Part shown: piece by piece, positions 45,411-54,626 of the stretch
How positions within the stretch are numbered: position 1 is the stretch's first letter
Layout of the letters: each line of letters begins with the position of its first letter
NCBI GenBank assembly: GCA_964597265.1
Contig: CAZQWJ010000001.1
Location: 1-60,936, forward strand
DNA: 60,936 nt
Direction: 5' to 3'
From: an uncultured Candidatus Saccharibacteria bacterium
Lineage (GTDB): Bacteria; Patescibacteriota; 4484-211; JAGQKX01
The notes under the pieces: model-generated
The model's database searches: none
Seen by the model: the letters and a program-made list of their open reading frames with translations, nothing else
Told to the model about the DNA's origin: nothing
Position numbers and translations under genes: made by a program

Positions 45411-45746
45411 TTGCTTCCTCGTCAGCATCGACTAAAAGAAGAGTATCGGTTTCGTGTCCTGCGCAAACATGGTACTGTGGCCCGGACTCCGTATTTTCTT
45501 ATGAGTTTTTTGCCTAACAATCAGTCGATGAATAGGTTTGGTTTTATCGCAACCAAAAAACTTGGTACTGCCACCAGAAGAAATCGTGCGGTACGAGTGT
45601 TGCGCGAAGCAGTACGTACACTCCTTCCTGATATGACGCAAGGGTTTGATGTGGTCTTGGTAGCGCATGCACGTACACTGGAGGCAACTCCTGCCGAAGT
45701 AGCTCATGTAATGCGACAAACATTTCAACGGTATAACCTGCTATAA
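45411..45746 (+). CDS. rnpA: RNase P protein component
   Basis: TTG start. 'LPRQHRLKEEYRFRVLRK', 'RFGFIATKKLGTATRRNRAVRVLRE' (RNR motif). It follows rpmH. Confidence 0.9.
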   Translation: MLPRQHRLKEEYRFRVLRKHGTVARTPYFLMSFLPNNQSMNRFGFIATKKLGTATRRNRAVRVLREAVRTLLPDMTQGFDVVLVAHARTLEATPAEVAHVMRQTFQRYNLL

Positions 45747-45758
45747 TTACACGCGACT

Positions 45759-46430
45759 ATGCAAAACATCTGGCAACTATTTTTTATTAACCCACTTTCG
45801 AGCGCTCTCTTTTTCCTCAGTGATCTGACTGGCAACTTGGGTATAGCAATTATTATCTTGACGATTGTTATTCAGCTGGTATTGTTGCCGTTGCGTCTCC
45901 CATCGCTTCGTTCGGCAGAAAAAATGAAGACGCTTAAACCGCATCTGGATGACATCAAAAAGAAACATAAGGATAATCCGCAGAAAATGATGCAGGAACA
46001 AATGGAACTGTACCGCGAACATGGGGTGAGCCCGTTTGGAGGTATCCTCTCTTTGCTATTATCGCTCCCTATTGTGTTTGCGTTATACCGGGTGTTGCAA
46101 ACTGCAGTAAGTGCGCAAACAGAAGGCGTGATGTTTCTTTGGTTGAACTTGGCACAGCCTGATGGATACTATATCTTGCCGGCTGTCGTGGGGGCCACCC
46201 AGTGGCTGCTTACCCGTTTGTCCACGCCGTCACCAAGTAGCAATACCGGAACTGAGCCGGATATGGCTGTCGCGATGCAAAAGAACATGCAGATTGTGTT
46301 TCCATTGATGCTTGGCTTTATTACTATACAGCTGCCGAGCGGTGTAGGTATTTATTTTGTAGTAAGCGCAGTATTTGCTATAATCCAGCAAGTCATAATT
46401 GGGAAGAAGCTATGGATCCACAAACAATAA
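45759..46430 (+). CDS. yidC: membrane protein insertase YidC (short form)
   Basis: 'LGIAIIILTIVIQLVLLPL', 'MKTLKPHLDDIKKKHKDNPQKMMQEQMELYREHGVSPFGG', and rnpA-yidC-jag synteny. Confidence 0.9.
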   Translation: MQNIWQLFFINPLSSALFFLSDLTGNLGIAIIILTIVIQLVLLPLRLPSLRSAEKMKTLKPHLDDIKKKHKDNPQKMMQEQMELYREHGVSPFGGILSLLLSLPIVFALYRVLQTAVSAQTEGVMFLWLNLAQPDGYYILPAVVGATQWLLTRLSTPSPSSNTGTEPDMAVAMQKNMQIVFPLMLGFITIQLPSGVGIYFVVSAVFAIIQQVIIGKKLWIHKQ

Positions 46431-46906
46431 CAGAAATAAAACAAGTTACCGAAGAATTGCTAACCAAACTCAGCCTGACACCCGAGGTTGTTGTTGAGGT
46501 TGATGAGTCTGCTGTGGTGCAAGTCAATATTGTCAGTGGTGAAGGTTCGCCCGAAACAGATGAGACTTCTGAGCCATCAGCTCGTGGTATCCTAATCGGT
46601 CGTCATGGCGAGACACTACACGCGCTGCAGTTGCTCCTAGGGTTGATGATAAACAGGAAGAGAGATTCCTGGGTGCAAATCACCGTAGATGTGGACGGCT
46701 ATCGCAAACGACGAGAGGAACAGCTTGTTGCACTAGCCAACCGTATCGCAGAAAAAGTGCAGTACCTCAAAGAACCAATTGCCTTAAACCCCATGCCAGC
46801 AAGCGATCGACGAATTATTCATATGGCTTTGGTCGATACCGAAGGGGTAGTCAGTGAATCAACCGGTTCCGGCCGCCAACGAAAAATAGTAGTTTCACCC
46901 GCGTGA
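46412..46906 (+). CDS. jag: Jag/KhpB-like RNA-binding protein (KH + R3H)
   Basis: 'ILIGRHGETLHALQLLL' (KH GxxG-like), 'NPMPASDRRIIHMAL' (R3H), and its position after yidC. Confidence 0.8.
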   Translation: MDPQTITEIKQVTEELLTKLSLTPEVVVEVDESAVVQVNIVSGEGSPETDETSEPSARGILIGRHGETLHALQLLLGLMINRKRDSWVQITVDVDGYRKRREEQLVALANRIAEKVQYLKEPIALNPMPASDRRIIHMALVDTEGVVSESTGSGRQRKIVVSPA

Positions 46907-48162
46907 GATATCAACGCCTTATACAGTTTTTGTTTTGGTTACTACCGTTTGTATTTTTTTGGCAAACTCGTTTTCCATTATTTAATCAATATCAGATCAG
47001 TGATTACCTCATTGGGTTTGTGTATGTACGAGACGTGGTGGTGGGATTGTTTGTGTTGGCGGTTATCGCAGGAGGGAAAGGAGAGTTTTGGCGGTGGGTG
47101 GTGTCTAAGCGGTGGTTTGTAGTGTGGTGTGTAGGTTTGATACTTTTTTCTGCCCTATCTATCATTCCTGCACCGTTGGTGAGTGTTGCACTATTTAGAA
47201 CAGTGTTTTTAGGGCTATATTGCCTGTTTGCACTTTGTTTTGGGTATGTGTTGGTTACATTGTACAAAGATAACCAGCGATGGTACGGCTGGTGGAATAT
47301 CCCCTTTGTGGTCATTGCAGTATTGAGTTCGTATGAAGTCATTATGGGTAGATCTGCGGGATTTCAGTTTTTGGGTGAGTGGACTTTTTCACTGACAACA
47401 CTGGATATTGCTACAGTTACAATCGGAACAACCACGTTTTTGCGTCCGTACGCGACATTCCCCCATCCGAATGTGCTGGGAGGAGTGAGTGTGGTGTTTT
47501 TGACGGTGTTGTTATACCAATGGCATCAACAACAAAACCCATCCAAATGGGCGTTAATGGGTTTGGCAGTACTCTGGTTTTTGGTCATTATTAGTTTTTC
47601 TCGTTCTGCTTGGCTGGGGTTGATCCTCGTGTTTGGGTTATATGTGTCTAAGAGTCTGCAAGATCGTACAAAAAGGCGCACGGCCTTGATGCTACTAATC
47701 GGCGTTTGTATCTTTGCCTTACCATACTTTTTGCGATTACTCGATAGTACCGATCCTTCGGTCATAGAGCGTGTGGAGCTTGTGAATCAGGCATTAACCC
47801 TTATCAAGACGTATCCGCTGCTTGGGGTGGGTAATGGAAATTTTGTCATAGCATTGGAAGAGACAGTATGGAAAGTATATCCTATAATCAAGCAACCGGT
47901 ACACATAGTATGGCTATTGGTAGTGGCAGAAATAGGCGTGATAGGAGGATTATGGTTTCTGGGGGGTTGGATATATACATTACTCAGAATTATAAAAAAT
48001 ACCATACATAAAAATAAATACGTAATAGTTTCGATGTTTGGCATAGTATTTGTAACAGCGTTTTTTGATCATTACTGGTGGAGTATACCTATAGGTCAAG
48101 CGTTGTTTTGGTGGATTATGGGTTATAGCCTGTCAGTGCTACAATGGGAAACTGAAACCTAA
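46903..48162 (+). CDS. O-antigen ligase (Wzy_C)-family polytopic membrane protein
   Basis: More than 10 TM helices. 'IISFSRSAWLGLILVFGL' fits the Wzy_C/O-antigen ligase loop pattern. Confidence 0.65.
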   Translation: MRYQRLIQFLFWLLPFVFFWQTRFPLFNQYQISDYLIGFVYVRDVVVGLFVLAVIAGGKGEFWRWVVSKRWFVVWCVGLILFSALSIIPAPLVSVALFRTVFLGLYCLFALCFGYVLVTLYKDNQRWYGWWNIPFVVIAVLSSYEVIMGRSAGFQFLGEWTFSLTTLDIATVTIGTTTFLRPYATFPHPNVLGGVSVVFLTVLLYQWHQQQNPSKWALMGLAVLWFLVIISFSRSAWLGLILVFGLYVSKSLQDRTKRRTALMLLIGVCIFALPYFLRLLDSTDPSVIERVELVNQALTLIKTYPLLGVGNGNFVIALEETVWKVYPIIKQPVHIVWLLVVAEIGVIGGLWFLGGWIYTLLRIIKNTIHKNKYVIVSMFGIVFVTAFFDHYWWSIPIGQALFWWIMGYSLSVLQWETET

Positions 48163-48166
48163 CTAT

Positions 48167-48586
48167 ATGCAACTTGATGTTTTTACTGATGGTGGTGCAC
48201 GAGGAAATCCCGGACCGGCGGCTATTGGAATAGCCATATACGAACGGGGCACCAAAAACGTCCCGCTCAAAACCATAAGTCAATTTCTAGGCTCTTCTCA
48301 GACAAACAACGAAGCCGAATATCAGGCGGTTATTGCGGCGTTGACCGCCTTAAACGAATTTTCGCCACAAGAGGCCAACTTTTATCTTGATTCAGAATTG
48401 GTAGTCAAACAATTGAACGGAGAATACAAGGTTAAGCAGCCACATCTTAAGGAATTTTATAACCAGATCAAGTCTTTGAGTACAACCATTCCTATGTTAA
48501 AATTTGACTATATACCACGGGCAAAAAATAAGGTTGCTGACGCTTTGGTCAACCAAGCCCTTGATGCACATGCAGCACAAGCATAA
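48167..48586 (+). CDS. rnhA: RNase HI-family protein
   Basis: 'VFTDGGARGNPGPAAIG', 'NNEAEYQAVIAAL' and 'DSELVVKQLNGEYKVK...NKVADALVNQA' give a DEDD-type RNase H pattern. Confidence 0.75.
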   Translation: MQLDVFTDGGARGNPGPAAIGIAIYERGTKNVPLKTISQFLGSSQTNNEAEYQAVIAALTALNEFSPQEANFYLDSELVVKQLNGEYKVKQPHLKEFYNQIKSLSTTIPMLKFDYIPRAKNKVADALVNQALDAHAAQA

Positions 48587-48590
48587 CTAT

Positions 48591-49217
48591 ATGGAATTAC
48601 GAGCGTTTTTGTTGTTCTTAAAAAGAAATTTGACAGCTATTGTATTGGTAGGCGCGATCACCGGCATACTGGCGTTACTCATATCGTTGCGCCTCCAGCC
48701 GACCTATCATGCAGTATTGTCTGTGTATGTGCAGAAAATCCCCGAGCAGCCTGCTGGTGGTGACTTTACGTTCGACGGGTTTTATGCCCAACAGGCAGCA
48801 GAATCGTATACCGATACCGTAGTCGGGCTGTTCGAAAGCCCCGCTATTTATGTGCGTGCGTTGCAAATTGCGGATCGAGATTCGGAAGCATCAGCAGTTG
48901 AGCAGGTCAAACAACAAACCCGTATTCAAAAAGTAGCACCACGCCTCATTGACTTGGAGGTGCGTTCGTATGAGCGTGAAGAAGCACGGATACTGGCACA
49001 ATCACTTTTTAAAGCAGTGAGTAATCGCCTGGATGAATTAACATTGGAAGATAGTGCTAATCTCAACATGAAGATCAATGCAGTCAATGACGAACCACTT
49101 ATTTCTCTGGCACAACCACGTGTGATATTGAATACAGTCGTTGGTGTATTGGTAGGGATATTTATTGCTACCACTGCATTGTTGCTAAAAGAGTATTTAT
49201 TGTCTGCACGACAGTAA
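48591..49217 (+). CDS. Wzz/YveK-like polysaccharide chain-length-determinant protein
   Basis: ATG at 48591. An N-terminal TM (IVLVGAITGILALLISL), a periplasmic helical region, and a C-terminal TM (VVGVLVGIFIATTALLL). Confidence 0.5.
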   Translation: MELRAFLLFLKRNLTAIVLVGAITGILALLISLRLQPTYHAVLSVYVQKIPEQPAGGDFTFDGFYAQQAAESYTDTVVGLFESPAIYVRALQIADRDSEASAVEQVKQQTRIQKVAPRLIDLEVRSYEREEARILAQSLFKAVSNRLDELTLEDSANLNMKINAVNDEPLISLAQPRVILNTVVGVLVGIFIATTALLLKEYLLSARQ

Positions 49218-49232
49218 ATATAATAACTGCCC

Positions 49233-52200
49233 ATGCAAACAGAAAAAGTTCTCATTGCAGGAGTCTCCGGATTCCTCGGTTCACACCTGGCAAATTCCTT
49301 AATTGCAAGTGGTTTGAAAGTTGTTGGTGTAGATGCTCTTGTGAGTGGCAATAAAAGCAATATAGAGCATTTACTCGGCTCCCCTCAGTTTGATTTTATT
49401 GAAACGAATATTAATCAGCGGCTACCAGAAGCGTTTTTTGGCGAAGAGTGGTTAGCTATTGTACATGTGGCTAACACAGAAATACTCCCGTCAGGCAGTC
49501 GTATTGAACTAAATGAATTACTTACTAATTCGTTCGGTGTGAAAAATCTGCTTGATTTGGCTCTTCGTACCAAGTCAAAGATGATTTTCACCTCTACCAT
49601 TGATCTCTATCAAGGGTTGGCTTCCCATACCAGCCTTCATCATTACTATGAAAACTCTGAGCAGGCAGGGGTATTGAGTTATTCTGAAGCCAAACGATTC
49701 GCAGAAGCTTTGTGCCAGGAGTATGTAAATATCTATGGGGTGGACGTGAGGGTCGTTCGATTATCAGAAACATACGGTCCACGGATGAATTTGGAGTCGC
49801 CAACCTTAACTGCAAAATTGATCCGTAAGGGTCTGGAGGGCGGTGTTTTGGCTTTGGAAGATGTGGGGTCACGCATGTTGTATGTCACGTATTACTCGGA
49901 CGTGATTTTTGGCCTCAACAAGCTCGTGGTGAAAGAGGATGACAAATTGAGCGGAGGGATTTTTTATTTGGTGAATGAAGAGCCGGTTTCGGTGCTGAGT
50001 TTGGTGTTGGCGATTAAAGAATACGCTCCTGAAGAAATGACTGTAGAGTTTTTACCTAGGGTAGAAGAATCGTTGTTTGATCTGCCACGTATCAATTTGA
50101 CTCGGAGCAAAAACGAACTGTATTGGTCTCCCAAAATCGGCCTGCAAGAAGGTATCAAGCGTACGTTTGAGGATTTTGCTTCCAAGAAACCAACGCCCAC
50201 CCCTCGGGCCTCTGTAGAAATACCTGCAGTGGCTAAAAAAAAAGACCCGCCTCCGGTAGCTGATGCTGGTACGGCAGAGGAGGTTGAAGGTGAGTACATT
50301 GCTGACATCATTGATCATGCAGAAAAACAGCTAGAACAGCCCGAAATAGAAACGGTTCCCTCTGCAGCGCAACTCAAGCCTGCAACCGGCTGGTTATCGC
50401 TCAAAGATAAAGCCAGCAATCTCCCCATAAAAGGCCTATCTCTCAAAACACACCGCAAGTCGCGTGCGAAAGATTTACTTGTCATTGCTGCAGGTGCTGC
50501 ATTTGCATGGTTTGTTTTCGTTCCATTAGTGGGAATATTTGGCCATACAGCAGCGGCATACTACCACATGCAACAGTCACAGACCGCGTTACAACAAGTT
50601 GACTTGGTTCAGTCGCGCGAGCATCTCAGGAAAGCAGCCGGCAATATTACGGATTTGCAATACTATTTAAGCCGGACACAGGGAGCATGGTCTGTACTTG
50701 GGCAGAAAGAACTATTTACCACTATTGTACAGACGTCCGAAGCTGCCAAAATCGCTACGCTTGCAGCTTCCTGGGGAGTGCAGTTTGCAGATACCATACA
50801 CCCATGGTGGCAACCGCTCGTGCAGGGAGAAGATGATCTCGCTCTTCAAGAGGCACGTACGCCGGAACGTTTGGAGCAGGCCAAATTAGATTGGCGACTG
50901 TATCGAGAAAACATTGAACTCAGTAAGAGTATTTTTACCAAAATACGCGAAAAAAATAGCTGGCCAGCCACATTGGTCGAGGGAGTAACAGAAGCTGTAG
51001 AAATGGTCGAGACGCACACGCGTATGCCTGATGAATCATGGGTAAACCTGCCCGAATGGTTAGGGTACACGACTCCTCAGACCATAGTCGTGCTGTTACA
51101 AAATAATCACGAGTTGCGTGCAGGTGGAGGATTCATAGGTAGTTATGCGCTAGTAACGCTTGATAGCGGAATTATAAAGTCTCTTTTGATAGATGATATC
51201 TACAACCCCGACGGGCAATTGGACATAAAACGTACTGATACTGAGCCTCAGGTGCCGGAGGCGATTGCCAAATACATGGCAGTGCCCGAACTAGGGTTAC
51301 GGGATAGTAATTGGGATCCACATTTTCCGGAGTCTGGAGCAGCTTTTATTCAGCTATATGAAACCGCTACAGGTATAAGACCTAACTGGGTGTTTGGGGT
51401 AAATCTATTACTCATACAAGATTTGCTCAGAGTCGTGGAACCTCTGGACCTGCCAATTACCAATACCACGATAACAGCTGATAATCTCTTTGAAAAAGCC
51501 GAAGTGGCAAGTGAAGTAAATTTTGTCCCAGGATCTACCGGCAAAAAAGACTTTCTTACCGAGGCGGCGCAACAACTCTGGTTGGCATTGTTTCCACTTT
51601 CCGGAGAAACTCTTTCTCAGGTAATGCATGTGGTAGCGCAAAACATTGCACATGGTGAAATCATGGCCTATTCGTCTGTGCCTGCATGGCAAAAAACAGC
51701 AAGCGATCTTGGTGTTAGCGGCGAGGTGCTCCCTGCGGATCATGACTATCTGTATGTTGTGTCATCTAATGTTGGCGGAACCAAAGCCAATTATTGGGTA
51801 ACCCGTTCGACAGACTATTCAGTTTTTGTTGATCGTAATGGCCGACTTCGAGCCAAACTCATTATATCGTTTGATCACTCTGGTACTTCGGAGACCTGGC
51901 CGGGAGGTACATACAAGGATTATCTGCGTGTTTTGGTGCCTGAAGGGAGTACCTTGGTAGAGTCGGAAGGGTTTGATGACACGGTTTCTGTTGATACCAA
52001 ATGGGGAAAGAACGTTATTGGTGGGTTGGTTGAAGTACCGATTCAATCAAGCAAGCAGGTCGTACTTTCGTATGAATTGCCAGAGCGTCTTAATGTACAA
52101 GATACCTCGAAGTACTTATTATTGGTTCAACAACAACCTGGTATACGAGAAGAAGCTGTCAACGTTGCCCTAGGAGTACCCTTCTTTTTGTCTGTAGAAC

Positions 52201-52301
52201 AAACAGCACCTCCTGCCGAGAAGATTGGTGAAACCCTGTCATGGGGGCTGGATCTGCAACAAGATACTTTGTTTGAGGTTATGTTTTCCGAGCCACAATA
52301 A
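49233..52301 (+). CDS. fusion protein: NAD-dependent sugar epimerase/dehydratase + TM + DUF4012-like extracytoplasmic domain
   Basis: 'VLIAGVSGFLGSHLANSL' Rossmann motif and 'YSEAKRFAE' (YxxxK). A Pro-rich linker, a TM (LLVIAAGAAFAWFVFVPLVGIF), and 'LLQNNHELRAGGGFIGSYALV', which is typical of DUF4012. Confidence 0.6.
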   Translation: MQTEKVLIAGVSGFLGSHLANSLIASGLKVVGVDALVSGNKSNIEHLLGSPQFDFIETNINQRLPEAFFGEEWLAIVHVANTEILPSGSRIELNELLTNSFGVKNLLDLALRTKSKMIFTSTIDLYQGLASHTSLHHYYENSEQAGVLSYSEAKRFAEALCQEYVNIYGVDVRVVRLSETYGPRMNLESPTLTAKLIRKGLEGGVLALEDVGSRMLYVTYYSDVIFGLNKLVVKEDDKLSGGIFYLVNEEPVSVLSLVLAIKEYAPEEMTVEFLPRVEESLFDLPRINLTRSKNELYWSPKIGLQEGIKRTFEDFASKKPTPTPRASVEIPAVAKKKDPPPVADAGTAEEVEGEYIADIIDHAEKQLEQPEIETVPSAAQLKPATGWLSLKDKASNLPIKGLSLKTHRKSRAKDLLVIAAGAAFAWFVFVPLVGIFGHTAAAYYHMQQSQTALQQVDLVQSREHLRKAAGNITDLQYYLSRTQGAWSVLGQKELFTTIVQTSEAAKIATLAASWGVQFADTIHPWWQPLVQGEDDLALQEARTPERLEQAKLDWRLYRENIELSKSIFTKIREKNSWPATLVEGVTEAVEMVETHTRMPDESWVNLPEWLGYTTPQTIVVLLQNNHELRAGGGFIGSYALVTLDSGIIKSLLIDDIYNPDGQLDIKRTDTEPQVPEAIAKYMAVPELGLRDSNWDPHFPESGAAFIQLYETATGIRPNWVFGVNLLLIQDLLRVVEPLDLPITNTTITADNLFEKAEVASEVNFVPGSTGKKDFLTEAAQQLWLALFPLSGETLSQVMHVVAQNIAHGEIMAYSSVPAWQKTASDLGVSGEVLPADHDYLYVVSSNVGGTKANYWVTRSTDYSVFVDRNGRLRAKLIISFDHSGTSETWPGGTYKDYLRVLVPEGSTLVESEGFDDTVSVDTKWGKNVIGGLVEVPIQSSKQVVLSYELPERLNVQDTSKYLLLVQQQPGIREEAVNVALGVPFFLSVEQTAPPAEKIGETLSWGLDLQQDTLFEVMFSEPQ

Positions 52302-53028
52302 AGATCGACGGCCCCAGAAGAAAACGAGTAAAAAGCGGCTGCAGGAGGCGATCTATCCACACCAAAAGCGCAACAGGTAGTACTCGGTACACCAAGGGAA
52401 TACGGATATTAGAAACAGAAACCTGCCTGAGTAATTCAAAATCGTTTTCCTTTAATTTTTCCTGAATAAATTGCGGGTGAAATTGATAGAAAATACCATC
52501 CTCGCTCAAATTGACAGGTTTTGGGTCAATGAGGCCAGGCTGTTTTTTGAGCCACGCCTTGATGCGGGTTTTCACATGTGCTTTGTTGGCATATTGCATA
52601 ACTAGCAAGCCGCCTGGCCGTAGAATACGATAAATTTCATGCAATGCCAAACTTGGCCGTTCTAGGTGGTGGATTACGCGTACCATTAGTGCTACATCAA
52701 ACGTTTCGTCTCCGAACGGCAATTCATACACATTTCCCTGTTGAGTACTAATATGGTGATAATTTTGTGCCTCTATCTGAGACTGGGCTATTTGTAGTGC
52801 CTGTTTGGAGTAGTCAAGGATTGTAATATGCTTGAACTTGTTGTGATATTTCTCCAAAAATCTACCATAGCTACCACCGATATCAATAAGATGCTCCCCA
52901 AAGGCCGGGAGTAGTTTGTCAACGGTTTGTTTTTCGATTTTGTCGTCATATTGACGATTACGCCAATATTCTCTATAATCGTAACCCGATTGATCATAAT
53001 CGGAAACATCAATATGTGTCGTTTGCAT
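52279..53028 (-). CDS. class I SAM-dependent methyltransferase
   Basis: 'HLIDIGGSYGRF' (motif I), 'FDVALMVRVIHHL', and 'LRPGGLLVMQ'. Confidence 0.8.
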   Translation of the reverse strand: MQTTHIDVSDYDQSGYDYREYWRNRQYDDKIEKQTVDKLLPAFGEHLIDIGGSYGRFLEKYHNKFKHITILDYSKQALQIAQSQIEAQNYHHISTQQGNVYELPFGDETFDVALMVRVIHHLERPSLALHEIYRILRPGGLLVMQYANKAHVKTRIKAWLKKQPGLIDPKPVNLSEDGIFYQFHPQFIQEKLKENDFELLRQVSVSNIRIPLVYRVLPVALLVWIDRLLQPLFTRFLLGPSIFIVARKT

Positions 53029-53078
53029 TGCGTAATGGTATCACAAATGCAACGCAAAGATTACGTTATCCAGGATAT

Positions 53079-53750
53079 ATGCCACAATATCAGCAGTTAG
53101 CTGTCCAAGAAAGAAATATAGTCGGCCGACAGGTCAAACAATTGCGCGACAGTGGTTTGACCCCAGCCAATATCTACGGCCTTCAGCTTGCCTCTCAGGC
53201 AGTTACGGTTCCATCGTCAGAACTGAAAAAGCTTATGAGTCAGGTGGGGGAATCAGAAATTATCGAAATCATGCTAGAGGGTGAGTCCAAAACGCGGCCG
53301 GTATTGGTCAGCGGTGTGCAACGCGATCCGGTTACAAGAGAGATCGTGCACGTTGATTTTCGCCAGGTTGATCTTACCAAAGAGGTAACCGTACCAGTTG
53401 AAATTGTCTTCGAAGGAGAGGCTCCTATTACAAAATCAGGCCTGGCTGTTTTGTTAGAGTTGATGACTGAGGTGGAGGTAACCGCATTGCCCGACAAACT
53501 TCCCAGTGAGATCGTTATTGATGTATCAAGGTTAGAAAATATCGGCGACCAGATAACGCTTGCTGATATCTCTTTGCCTGAAGGGGTTGTTATCGTAGCA
53601 GAAGATATGGAACAGCCTATTTGCAAAGTAGATGCAGTACAGATCAAAGAAGAGGAAGAAGAAATAGTTGAGGAAACTGAAGCCACAGGTGAAGAAACTG
53701 CCAGTGGCGAGACTCCCGCTGAGGAAGAAACTCCCCCCGCCGAAGAATAA
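53079..53750 (+). CDS. rplY: 50S ribosomal protein L25/general stress protein Ctc
   Basis: 'LAVQERNIVGRQVKQLRDSGLTPANIYG', 'VLVSGVQRDPVTREIVHVDF', and an acidic C-terminal tail. The ATG is at 53079. Confidence 0.85.
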   Translation: MPQYQQLAVQERNIVGRQVKQLRDSGLTPANIYGLQLASQAVTVPSSELKKLMSQVGESEIIEIMLEGESKTRPVLVSGVQRDPVTREIVHVDFRQVDLTKEVTVPVEIVFEGEAPITKSGLAVLLELMTEVEVTALPDKLPSEIVIDVSRLENIGDQITLADISLPEGVVIVAEDMEQPICKVDAVQIKEEEEEIVEETEATGEETASGETPAEEETPPAEE

Positions 53751-53756
53751 TACTTT

Positions 53757-54599
53757 TTAGGATTTACGTTCTATCGCTGCCAGCAGTTGTTTGCTGCCTT
53801 CATGGTCAGGATCAATGGTTAGTGCATGATTCACCGCCTCTGTTGCACGCTCAATTTGGTCTGTCTGAAAATAGCTCACTGCAAGCAGGTAGTGCGCATC
53901 AACATACTCAGGCTCTTGTTGGGCTACCGGCTCTATGACTTGTAGTGCAAGATACGGCTGTGTTATTTCTAATAACGCGTACGTAAGTAATGTGTCTTGG
54001 TACAATGGATTATTATCACTCGCTATTTCCTGCCATATTGCCCAAAAGTCTGTAATAGTGGTGGTTGCGTCAGGGGCGACTGCTGCTCGCCGAAGTAAGT
54101 CGACGCCGTCTTCTTCCTTTTCAGCCAAATAGATGAGCGCCAGGTAAAATTGCCCTTCTGTGTGATTGTTCTGCAGCTCCAACACTTTTTTGAAAGAATC
54201 TTCTGCGAGGCTGAGTTCATTGCGTTTCAACGCAATGTGCCCTTGTAATAGATTCCCTTCAAGAGAATTCGGTTGTTCCTGCAGGTATTTGGTGATCTTT
54301 TCCTGCGCTTGATCAAGATCAAAGACCAAATACTGCAATCTGGCGATAGCCAATGTGTTGGCAGTGTTGTCAGGATCAAGTTGCTGGATTGTGGTTCTTA
54401 TAGCAAATGCCTCGGTATAGTTTTGCTGTTGTTCGGCTTGTGTAGCCCTGATCTCAAGTGTCTGGATACGGTGAGTGCTGAGTGATGTGTAGATTTGCAG
54501 GACACTGTACAACACACCTGCCACAGCAATGATTATTACCAAGGAGATACCTATAGACCGTATGTTAGGCCGCTTTGTCATACTGTATAGTCTATACAA
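53757..54599 (-). CDS. membrane-anchored TPR-repeat protein
   Basis: N-terminal TM (IGISLVIIIAVAGVLYSVL). Repeated 34-aa A/Y/L patterns (e.g. 'AHYLLAVSYFQTDQIERATEAVNHALTIDPDH'). Confidence 0.7.
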   Translation of the reverse strand: MYRLYSMTKRPNIRSIGISLVIIIAVAGVLYSVLQIYTSLSTHRIQTLEIRATQAEQQQNYTEAFAIRTTIQQLDPDNTANTLAIARLQYLVFDLDQAQEKITKYLQEQPNSLEGNLLQGHIALKRNELSLAEDSFKKVLELQNNHTEGQFYLALIYLAEKEEDGVDLLRRAAVAPDATTTITDFWAIWQEIASDNNPLYQDTLLTYALLEITQPYLALQVIEPVAQQEPEYVDAHYLLAVSYFQTDQIERATEAVNHALTIDPDHEGSKQLLAAIERKS

Positions 54600-54626
54600 A
54601 ACACGGGCATGAGCACAAGCAGGCTG

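Noticed and set aside
50235-50243. An A9 homopolymer inside the epimerase-DUF4012 gene as a phase-variation tract
   Set aside because: It encodes in-frame Lys-Lys-Lys within a linker. A single 9-mer with no evidence of length variation is insufficient.
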